Shown here piece after piece: positions 18,186 to 26,148 of a stretch of DNA of 57,020 nucleotides. The position numbers and the translations under genes are program-made. How positions within the stretch are numbered: the stretch's first letter is position 1; every line of letters starts with the position of its first letter. The stretch lies in the sequence record SRR31156797_1719, one strand, 5' to 3'. Below the pieces are notes generated by a model, which saw nothing but the letters and a program-made list of their open reading frames with translations, did not search any database and was not told the origin of the DNA.

Positions 18186-18247
18186 TATCGTTCGGTACCT
18201 AACGATATCGATGAGTTGATTATAGTTCGGTACCGAACGAATGTCAA
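18186..18247 (-). promoter_or_regulatory. Consensus SigA promoter with two MarR operators (GTTCGGTACCGAAC)
   Basis: TTGACA (18247-18242)-17-TATAAT (18224-18219); perfect palindrome 18225-18238; near-palindrome TATCGTTCGGTACCTAACGATA 18186-18207. Confidence 0.85.
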
Positions 18248-18285
18248 TAAGAAGCAGCTGAGATTTTTTTCTAACAAAAAGTAAG

Positions 18286-18324
18286 CAGCATACCAAACTT
18301 ACTAAAAGTAAGTTTGGTATGCTG
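18286..18324. repeat. Perfect 18-bp inverted repeat over the promoter of the FMN reductase pair
   Basis: CAGCATACCAAACTTACT-AAA-AGTAAGTTTGGTATGCTG; contains TGgTATGCT extended -10-like element. Confidence 0.85.
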
Positions 18325-18366
18325 AGTCCATCGTTAAAGAAACCACAACAAAAGGAGTACAAAAGA

Positions 18367-18972
18367 ATGGTCTTTGGATTTGGGAAAAAAGAACAAATAA
18401 TTGAAAAAGAAGTAATGAAAGAGGTGTATCGCACCCCTGAAAAGAAAAAAGCGCAAAAAATCGGGATCATCGTTGGCAGTACGAGAGAAGGCCGCGTGAG
18501 TCCGCAAGTAGCCAATTATGTTTTACAAACAGCACGCGCGCATAGCGACCGCTCGTTTGAAATCATTGATATCAAAGACTATGACTTGCCATTTATGGGG
18601 ACAGGTGAAGTGAACCAAGCGTGGAACGAAAAAATCGCTGAGTTAGACGGCTACCTCTTCATCGTACAAGAATACAATCATGGCATATCAGCTTCCTTGA
18701 AAAATGCGTTGGACAGCGCTCGAGAGGAATGGTTCAACAAAGCAGCAGCGATCGTCAGCTATGGTTCGGCAGGAGGGATTCGTGCCGCTGAGCAAGTTCG
18801 CTTGATTTTGGCGGAACAAAAAGTAGCCACGGTGCGCACCAATCCTGCCTTCAACTTATTTACTGATTTTGAAAACTTTGCCACCTTTACCCCTGGCGAG
18901 CATATGACTGCAGGAATGAACGACATGTTGACGGAATTATTGGACTGGGCAGACACATTTGCCAATCGTTAA
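18367..18972 (+). CDS. NADPH-dependent FMN reductase (flavodoxin-like), copy 1
   Basis: GSTREGRVS, EYNHGISASLKNALD, VSYGSAGGIRA; ATG 18367 after AAGGAG. Confidence 0.9.
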   Translation: MVFGFGKKEQIIEKEVMKEVYRTPEKKKAQKIGIIVGSTREGRVSPQVANYVLQTARAHSDRSFEIIDIKDYDLPFMGTGEVNQAWNEKIAELDGYLFIVQEYNHGISASLKNALDSAREEWFNKAAAIVSYGSAGGIRAAEQVRLILAEQKVATVRTNPAFNLFTDFENFATFTPGEHMTAGMNDMLTELLDWADTFANR

Positions 18973-19008
18973 AAAAACAAACGAAAACAATCTTAGGAGG
19001 AACCTATC

Positions 19009-19530
19009 ATGAAATTTGGTATTATTTTAGGCAGTACAAGAGAAGGACGCGTAAGTCCGCAAGTCGGAGCATATATTCAAGAAATTGCTAATCAACGGTC
19101 AGAGCATCAGTTTGAGATCGTTGATGTAAAAGCATTTGATTTACCGTTTATGGGAACGGCTGAGCCAAACCTGGCATGGAACAAAAGAATCGCTGAGTTA
19201 GATGGCTATATCTTCATCGTGCAAGAATACAACCACGGTTTTGCAGCTTCCTTGAAAAATGCCGTAGATTCTGCTCGGGAAGAATGGTTTGATAAAGCTG
19301 CTGGGATCGTCAGCTACGGTTCTGGCGGTGGGATTCGGGCCGCTGAACAATTGCGCAACGTATTAGCTGAACAAAAAGTTGCCACCGTGCGGACCAACCC
19401 AGCCTTCAACTTATTTACTGATTTTGAAAGTTTCAGTACCTTCAAACCCGGTGCGCACATGGCGGCGGGTGTCAATGATATGCTAGATGAATTGTTGTTG
19501 TGGTCAAAAGCTTTTGCAACGATCCGCTGA
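19009..19530 (+). CDS. NADPH-dependent FMN reductase, copy 2
   Basis: Same motifs as upstream paralog; AGGAGG RBS. Confidence 0.92.
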   Translation: MKFGIILGSTREGRVSPQVGAYIQEIANQRSEHQFEIVDVKAFDLPFMGTAEPNLAWNKRIAELDGYIFIVQEYNHGFAASLKNAVDSAREEWFDKAAGIVSYGSGGGIRAAEQLRNVLAEQKVATVRTNPAFNLFTDFESFSTFKPGAHMAAGVNDMLDELLLWSKAFATIR

Positions 19531-19568
19531 TCTGTTTTTAAGACACAATCATTTATAAGCGATCCTTT

Positions 19569-19600
19569 GCTGTTTCATCCATGGATGGAACAGCTTTTTT
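19569..19600 (+). terminator. Intrinsic terminator
   Basis: GCTGTTTCATCC-AT-GGATGGAACAGC then T-run. Confidence 0.7.
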
Positions 19601-19755
19601 GGCGTCTGCCAAGCAAGGGTTCGATTGGCAAGGCTGTTTCACTGAAAGAAAGACCAAAAATCGGGTATACTAGAAGAACAGAAGCTGCGTGCAACAGCAA
19701 TCGATTTTTTTCCAAAAACCTGCACGCAGCCAGTAACAGAGGAGTGAACAAGAGC

Positions 19756-20595
19756 ATGAATCTACTTTTTGCGATTGATGATCGATTCAGTGAACAATTA
19801 AAAACAACGTTATATTCAATCAAACGTCATACGACAGCAGCATCCTTTGATGTCTATGTCTTACAAGAAAAAGAATTGAGCCATGCTGCAGAGCTGGAGG
19901 CTTTTTGTCAAAAGCTGGCGATGACCTATCATCCCATCATCATCGGTTCTGGCTCGATTTTTAAAACCGCGCCAGTCAGTGATCGCTACCCTGAGTCGAT
20001 CTACTATCGATTATTGGCACAAAATTACTTGCCGCAGCAGGTGGAAAAAATCCTGTATCTGGATGCGGATATTTTGTGCATCAATGATTTGCGCCCCTTG
20101 TATGAGCTGACGTTAGGGGATTTTCTGTATGCCGCCGCCAGCCATTCTAAGCTGACAGAAGTAACAACAGTCATCAATAAAGTCCGGTTACGCAATTATG
20201 AGTCGGAAGGCTACTATAATTCAGGTGTTTTGCTGATGAATGTGCACCAGCTGCGGCAAGAGGTCAAAGAAGCAGAGATCGCAGCGTTCATTGAGAAAAA
20301 TCATTTGAACCTCTTTTTACCAGATCAAGACATTTTGAATGGGTTGTACGGCGATCGGGTGCTGGCGATCCCTGATCAGCTCTACAACTATGACGTACGA
20401 AAAAACCGTACCTATGAAACGATCAGTTTAGGGGAATGGAGTTTGGATTGGGTCATCGAGCATACCGTTTTGTTACATTTTTGCGGCAAAGAGAAGCCAT
20501 GGAAAAAAGGCTACCGCAGCCGCTACGGGGCGCTATACAAGTATGTGGAAAATGAACGACGGAAGTTTGAAGAAAAACAATCAAAGAGCGTATGA
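19756..20595 (+). CDS. Glycosyltransferase family 8
   Basis: YYRLL, ILYLDADILC (DxD), YNSGVLLMN, DQDILN, HFCGKEKPW; ATG 19756 after GAGGAG. Confidence 0.92.
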   Translation: MNLLFAIDDRFSEQLKTTLYSIKRHTTAASFDVYVLQEKELSHAAELEAFCQKLAMTYHPIIIGSGSIFKTAPVSDRYPESIYYRLLAQNYLPQQVEKILYLDADILCINDLRPLYELTLGDFLYAAASHSKLTEVTTVINKVRLRNYESEGYYNSGVLLMNVHQLRQEVKEAEIAAFIEKNHLNLFLPDQDILNGLYGDRVLAIPDQLYNYDVRKNRTYETISLGEWSLDWVIEHTVLLHFCGKEKPWKKGYRSRYGALYKYVENERRKFEEKQSKSV

Positions 20596-20598
20596 TTA

Positions 20599-20640
20599 AA
20601 AAAGCTTTACTTGGACAAAAGACAAGTAAAGCTTTTTTTT
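20599..20640 (+). terminator. Intrinsic terminator
   Basis: AAAGCTTTACTTG...CAAGTAAAGCTTT plus T-run. Confidence 0.75.
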
Positions 20641-20729
20641 CGATCATTTTTTGAAGGGAATTCTTGTAAAATCAAGTAGACGCATCTAGTTTGTTTCCGC
20701 ATCGATAAGGAAACACCTTGTGTTCAAAA

Positions 20730-20743
20730 AGAAAGCGCTATCT
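20730..20743 (+). promoter_or_regulatory. cre-like CcpA site upstream of the PTS operon
   Basis: AGAAAGCGCTATCT just before TATTATGAT. Confidence 0.55.
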
Positions 20744-20891
20744 ATTATGATGACAGTATCAACCCATCGCAATGCTAAGTCAGTGAACAACTTTTTTATT
20801 CAGCGGAAGAATGGTCAGAACCACGCCATCATTTAGCAACTACTGAACATAGATAGTGAAATAGAGTGTCATCGTTAAGGAGGAAAACTAT

Positions 20892-21209
20892 ATGAAAAAA
20901 GCATTAATCATCTGTGCAGGCGGTATGTCTTCATCAGTCATTGCCAAAAAAACGACGGAATATTTTAAAGAACGAGGAGAAGAAATTGAACTAGATGCAA
21001 CGTCTGCCTCTCAAGGAGCAGCCACGATCGCCAAAGATGAATACGACTTATACTTAGTCAGCCCGCAAACCAAAATGTACTTTGCGAATCTTGAAAAAGC
21101 TGCCATCAAGCACCAACGACCCATCGTAAATATTCCGCCCCAAGCTTATGTGCCGATACCGATGGGCATTGAAAAATTAGCTGCTGTGGTGGAGCAAAAT
21201 ATACAATAG
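20892..21209 (+). CDS. celB: PTS cellobiose/lactose-family EIIB
   Basis: IICAGGMSSS phospho-Cys loop; LVSPQ. Confidence 0.9.
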   Translation: MKKALIICAGGMSSSVIAKKTTEYFKERGEEIELDATSASQGAATIAKDEYDLYLVSPQTKMYFANLEKAAIKHQRPIVNIPPQAYVPIPMGIEKLAAVVEQNIQ

Positions 21210-21263
21210 TCGTTCAAACAAAAAGCTTCATGAGAATAGGTTGATGAAAAAGGTTGATGAAAA

Positions 21264-23297
21264 ATGTTGAGTAAAAAAGAGATCATCATGCTAAAAATGC
21301 TTTACCAAAATCGTAACACGTATACCAGTAGTAAACAGATCGCAAAGCAACTGGGGGTCTCAGATCGGACTGCGCGCAAGTATGTTCAAGGGTTGGGGCT
21401 TATCTTGAAGAACCATAAGCTTGGTCAGATTTGTGCCAAGCAAGGGCAGGGCTATCGGCTAAACATCACCGACCAGCGTTCCTTTGATCGTTTTTATACA
21501 GAGAAAACCAACACCAGACCAACAGCTGCCGACCTTACGACGATCAATGAAGCCAATGACCGCCAATATTTTGTGTTAAATCAATTGTTATTTGGACAAA
21601 AGCCTGTTTTTGTTGATGACTTGGCGGCGGATCTATGTGTTTCTCGTTCAACGATTTCCAACGACATCGTTGAAATCAAGCAATTGTTAAAGCCTTATAC
21701 GATCGAGTTGAAACATCGAACCAGTCAGGGGATCTACGTTGCAGGATCTGAAAATAGTCTACGGCATTTCATCATGAATTACTTTTTCATGAATCGCCTG
21801 CAAGACAATCTGTATGCCTTCTCCATGTACAAACATCTATTAGAGGGGATAGCGATCGAGGAAATCGTGATCATCGTTTTGGATACATGCCGCAAGTATT
21901 TTTTGAAACTTTCTGATTTTATGATCTATACGATCGTCCTTCATATTGGTCTAGCAATAAAACGGCTGCAGGCGGGCTTTGAGATCCAGCTGCATCCGCA
22001 AGAGGCAAACTTAGCGCAGGAAGTGGAATACCAATCAGCTTTAGAGATCGTCGAGAAGATCCGCCAACAGATGGGCATCGTCTTGCCACCGGAAGAGGCT
22101 TTCTATATCGCCATTCATTTAAAAAACAAACTAGTTTCTGAAACCATTCGTGAACAGATCGATTTAGACGATAACGAGGTCAAACAACAGCTGCTAGTCG
22201 TTTTACAAAAGATCGATCAAGAAACGGGCTTTTGCTTAGCCGAAGATCCCTTATTGATAGATGGGCTGATGATGCATATCACCCCCTTATTGCAACGATT
22301 GAAGAACGGTACGAGTATGGAAAATCCTTTGTTAGAGACCATCAAAAAAGATTACAGCGACTTTTTTCAACTAACGATTCGGCATTTTTCTGATGTCCCC
22401 TTCTTTGCCCCCTATAAAGTGACCGAAGGAGAGCTCGCCTACTTGACGATCCATTTGACTGCTGCAATGGAACGCTTAGCGAATCAGCAAAAAGCACGGG
22501 TCTTAGTGATCTGTGCAACAGGAATCGGTAGTTCACAAATGTTAAAAAATCGTTTGGAACACGAACTTGGTTCAAAACTTGTGATTGAAGAGATGATCAG
22601 CTATTACGAAATCAGTGAACAAAAACTAGCAGGGATTGATTTGATCATTTCATCTATCAAAGTACCAGATGTGGTTCTAAATATCCCCATCGTCACAGTC
22701 AGTGTTTTTTTAGATAAAAAAGATATCCAAAAAATCAATCGCCAATTGAAACAGTATAAAACGAAAAAACAGTACCGTAGCGTTCTGAAACAGCGACCGA
22801 AGACCTTGTCTGACAAAGAGCGGGAACTGATTGAGACTAGCTTTCGCCCAGAACTTTTTCTTTGGCTCGCCGAAGAGACCGATAAAGAGGCTGTTTTGGA
22901 CCAGCTGCTGACGAGGATCGAAAGCGTGGAAAAGCGCGCGGTGAAAGAAGCGCTAGGCAAGCAGCTTGCTTTACGAGAAGCCTATAGCTCAGTAGCCTTT
23001 TCCGATCATTTGGCGGTGGCGCACCCTATTGAACCGATCACCAATGATGCTTATGCGGCCGTTGCTATACTAGAACAAGGCATAAAATGGGATGACGAGC
23101 ATGACCAGATCCAGCTGATTTTCTTACTTTCCCCAGATCGATTGGGGCAAGTAGAATTGAACAAAATCAGCCAACTGTTAGTACCGATCATTGAAGATGA
23201 GTCATTTAAAGATGCACTCATAACAAGTGGTGATTTTGAACATTTTATGGAATGCTTTATCGGGTATCACCTAGGAACACATTTATCGCACATGTAA
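21264..23297 (+). CDS. celR: PRD-containing transcriptional activator (LicR/MtlR/CelR type)
   Basis: N-terminal HTH (LGVSDRT), Mga-type HTH, two PRDs, VICATGIGSS EIIB-like, AVAHP EIIA-like. Confidence 0.88.
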   Translation: MLSKKEIIMLKMLYQNRNTYTSSKQIAKQLGVSDRTARKYVQGLGLILKNHKLGQICAKQGQGYRLNITDQRSFDRFYTEKTNTRPTAADLTTINEANDRQYFVLNQLLFGQKPVFVDDLAADLCVSRSTISNDIVEIKQLLKPYTIELKHRTSQGIYVAGSENSLRHFIMNYFFMNRLQDNLYAFSMYKHLLEGIAIEEIVIIVLDTCRKYFLKLSDFMIYTIVLHIGLAIKRLQAGFEIQLHPQEANLAQEVEYQSALEIVEKIRQQMGIVLPPEEAFYIAIHLKNKLVSETIREQIDLDDNEVKQQLLVVLQKIDQETGFCLAEDPLLIDGLMMHITPLLQRLKNGTSMENPLLETIKKDYSDFFQLTIRHFSDVPFFAPYKVTEGELAYLTIHLTAAMERLANQQKARVLVICATGIGSSQMLKNRLEHELGSKLVIEEMISYYEISEQKLAGIDLIISSIKVPDVVLNIPIVTVSVFLDKKDIQKINRQLKQYKTKKQYRSVLKQRPKTLSDKERELIETSFRPELFLWLAEETDKEAVLDQLLTRIESVEKRAVKEALGKQLALREAYSSVAFSDHLAVAHPIEPITNDAYAAVAILEQGIKWDDEHDQIQLIFLLSPDRLGQVELNKISQLLVPIIEDESFKDALITSGDFEHFMECFIGYHLGTHLSHM

Positions 23298-23310
23298 GGG
23301 AGAAAGAACA

Positions 23311-23625
23311 ATGAAATCAGAAAAACTACAAGAGACAGCCTTTCAAATTATTCTTAGCAGCGGAGATGCTCGGACGATCGTTCATGAAGCATTCCAAGAG
23401 ATGCGTCAAGGAACTTTTGAAGCAGCACAAGCAAAACTGGATCAAGCAAACGAAGCACTAGTAGAGGCCCACAAAGCACAGACGGGCTTATTACAAGAAT
23501 ACGCCAGCGGCGAAAAAATCGACATGGAGATCATCATGGTCCATGCACAAGATCATCTAATGACAACGATGACTTTGCGAGAAGTGGCGATTGAAATGCT
23601 GGCGTTATACCAGCGAGAGCGGTAG
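23311..23625 (+). CDS. celC: PTS cellobiose/lactose-family EIIA
   Basis: SGDAR, AHKAQT, MVHAQDHLM. Confidence 0.93.
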   Translation: MKSEKLQETAFQIILSSGDARTIVHEAFQEMRQGTFEAAQAKLDQANEALVEAHKAQTGLLQEYASGEKIDMEIIMVHAQDHLMTTMTLREVAIEMLALYQRER

Positions 23626-23640
23626 AAAGGAAGGGATCAA

Positions 23641-24144
23641 ATGACCAATCGAGAACAGCAGAAAAAAATGGCAGAAAAAACGTTTCGGTTTCACCGCTTT
23701 TTATTTCTAAGGTATGTATTAGCAGTCTTTTTCTTTGCAAATCTTTATTGGTTCTTAGCAGCGATGGTCAGCAATGCCGTACTCTTGATCCTCCCGCTGG
23801 CACTGCTGATTTTGGCCATTTCGGCGATCGGGGAATACGTGCGTCTTTATGGCAGCTATTCAGAGCAAATAGCTGGAAAACTGCGCTGGACGCGCTTGTT
23901 TTATCTTTGTCAACTGACGATGAATCTCCTGTTAATCGCCATCTGCTGCTTCTCTCATCTGTTTTCATTCGTTTTTCCTTTTCTTGAAAATACGCCGATC
24001 AATCGAGGCATTCTTACACTCTGGCTTAGTGTGGGGCTAATGTTAGCTGCGTTATGTTTGCAGCGTGTCAATAAGATCCGTCGCAAAAAAGATACGTATT
24101 ATGGATATATTAAAGAATACCAAAAACTCATTGAAGGGAAGTAG
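23641..24144 (+). CDS. 4-TM membrane protein of cel-type PTS operons
   Basis: Four hydrophobic segments; RFLFLRY..A.FFFANLYW; lies between EIIA and EIIC as in streptococcal cel loci. Confidence 0.75.
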   Translation: MTNREQQKKMAEKTFRFHRFLFLRYVLAVFFFANLYWFLAAMVSNAVLLILPLALLILAISAIGEYVRLYGSYSEQIAGKLRWTRLFYLCQLTMNLLLIAICCFSHLFSFVFPFLENTPINRGILTLWLSVGLMLAALCLQRVNKIRRKKDTYYGYIKEYQKLIEGK

Positions 24145-24151
24145 TTACATT

Positions 24152-25507
24152 ATGGAACAATCAAATAGTAAGTTGTTCAGTCTCTTAGAAACGGCCGTCA
24201 TGGGACCGTTAGGAAAAGTGGCACAGTTCAAAATCGTACGTGCCATCATGGCTGCTGGGATGGCTTCGATTCCTTTTACGATCGTTGGCTCGATGTTTTT
24301 AGTTATCAATGTATTGCCGCAGACCTTTACCTTTTTAGAAGATTTCTTCAATAATACTTTTTTCAGAGTCAGTGATTTGTATATGCTGGCAAACAGCACG
24401 ACAATGGGACTTTTGGCATTATATTTTTGTATCGTTCTCGGCTATGAATACACCAAGATCTATGCGGAAGAAGAAGAGTTGGATCTTGCGCCTATGAGTG
24501 GGGCGTTACTATCGATGTTTGCCTTTTTCATGTCGATCCCACAATTGATGATCGTGGATGGCAGCATGTCACGAATCACCGATCAAGAAAATGCCATCAT
24601 CAATGGCTGGGCGATCGGTGGCGACGGGGTGGAGCGTTTAGGAACGACCGGGATATTTACCGGTATTATCATGGCGGTGTTGGCTGTTCAGTTGTACCGC
24701 TTGTGTGTAACGAAAAAATGGGTCATTAAAATGCCCGAAGAAGTACCATTGGGAGTCGCCCGTGCCTTTACAGCATTGATCCCTGCCTTTGTCGTCGCAT
24801 TCACGGTCCTTATTATCAATGGGGCTTTGGTTGCAGCGGGAACGGATATTTTCCAAATCATTGCCGTGCCTTTTGGGTTTGTGACGAACTTGACTAATAG
24901 TTGGTTAGGGTTGATGGTGATTTACTTTTTAGTCAGTGCATTATGGTTAGTAGGGATTCACGGTGCAAATATCATTTTCTCTGTATTGACGCCAATCACC
25001 TTAGGTAATTTGACAGCCAATGCTGAGGGCGCCAATTTTGCATTAGCTGGTGAGTTTAACAATGCGTATGTGACCGTCGGAGGTTCAGGAGCAACGCTAG
25101 GTCTCGCTTTATTCTTGGTTTATCTGGCAAAATCAAAACAATTGAGAGTGTTAGGAAAAGCTTCGATCATTCCAGCCTTATTCAATATTAACGAGCCGTT
25201 GATTTTCGGGATTCCTTTGATTTATAATCCTTTCTTAGCGATTCCCTTTTTCTTAGCACCGATGGCATCCGCATCGATTGCCTATTTTGCGATCGAATTG
25301 GAAATCATTCGACCGATGATCGCCCAAATGCCATGGCCTTCTCCAATCGGTATCGGCGCATTCATTGGAAGTGGAGGCGATTGGAAAGCCGCAGTTTGTG
25401 CGTTCTTATGTGCAGGGGTTGCCTTTTTGATCTACTTCCCATTCGCTCGTTCTTATGATGCAGGACTAGTCAAGCAAGAAGCCCAAGAAGGGGAGCAAGC
25501 AGCATAA
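24152..25507 (+). CDS. celD: PTS cellobiose-family EIIC
   Basis: WLVGIHG, GGSGATLGL, FNINEPLIFGIP. Confidence 0.92.
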   Translation: MEQSNSKLFSLLETAVMGPLGKVAQFKIVRAIMAAGMASIPFTIVGSMFLVINVLPQTFTFLEDFFNNTFFRVSDLYMLANSTTMGLLALYFCIVLGYEYTKIYAEEEELDLAPMSGALLSMFAFFMSIPQLMIVDGSMSRITDQENAIINGWAIGGDGVERLGTTGIFTGIIMAVLAVQLYRLCVTKKWVIKMPEEVPLGVARAFTALIPAFVVAFTVLIINGALVAAGTDIFQIIAVPFGFVTNLTNSWLGLMVIYFLVSALWLVGIHGANIIFSVLTPITLGNLTANAEGANFALAGEFNNAYVTVGGSGATLGLALFLVYLAKSKQLRVLGKASIIPALFNINEPLIFGIPLIYNPFLAIPFFLAPMASASIAYFAIELEIIRPMIAQMPWPSPIGIGAFIGSGGDWKAAVCAFLCAGVAFLIYFPFARSYDAGLVKQEAQEGEQAA

Positions 25508-25633
25508 ATTGCAAGGAACAAGAAAGAAACGTCCACACGGGCGTTTCTTTTTTTAAGCGTTCTATTCTGCTTTTTTTCGATTCGATGGTACGATGAAATG
25601 AGAGAGTCATGAAAAAAAGAAGGAGTGGAGAAC

Positions 25634-26101
25634 ATGAAATTTTTGATTTGGCTGGTCTGTGTGATCGGCATCGAAGCAACAGGAATCATCTCGAGTTTGT
25701 TTGCAGGAGACATCGCTGGAACGTATGCGCAAATGGAAAAACCCTTTTTAGCCCCTCCTGGTGGGATCATTGGGATCGTTTGGACGATTTTGTATGCCTT
25801 TATGGGAACAGCGTTGTATCTGTTGATCGTAGCCAAAGTCAATCCAGCGCTTAAAAAGAATGCCTATATCTTCTTTGCGATCCAGCAAGTACTAAACTTC
25901 TTGTGGAGTATCGTTTTCTTTGGCTGGAATGCTTACTGGGCAGGAACGGTCATTATTGTCTTGTTAGTCCTATCAGTGATTATTTGTATGATCCTCTTTG
26001 CTCGCATCGACAAAAAAGCAATGTACTTGTTTATTCCTTATTTGATTTGGTGTCTGTACGCAGGCTACTTAACGATTGGCTTAACTTTATTGAATGCCTG
26101 A
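25634..26101 (+). CDS. tspO: TspO/MBR tryptophan-rich sensory protein
   Basis: KPFLAPP, VWTILYAFMG, LNFLWSIVFFG, PYLIW motifs. Confidence 0.88.
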   Translation: MKFLIWLVCVIGIEATGIISSLFAGDIAGTYAQMEKPFLAPPGGIIGIVWTILYAFMGTALYLLIVAKVNPALKKNAYIFFAIQQVLNFLWSIVFFGWNAYWAGTVIIVLLVLSVIICMILFARIDKKAMYLFIPYLIWCLYAGYLTIGLTLLNA

Positions 26102-26104
26102 TAG

Positions 26105-26146
26105 AAAAACCCTCTTCCAAGCGTCGTGTTGGAAGAGGGTTTTTTC
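26105..26146. terminator. Bidirectional terminator
   Basis: AAAAACCCTCTTCCAA...TTGGAAGAGGGTTTTT. Confidence 0.82.
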
Positions 26147-26148
26147 TT

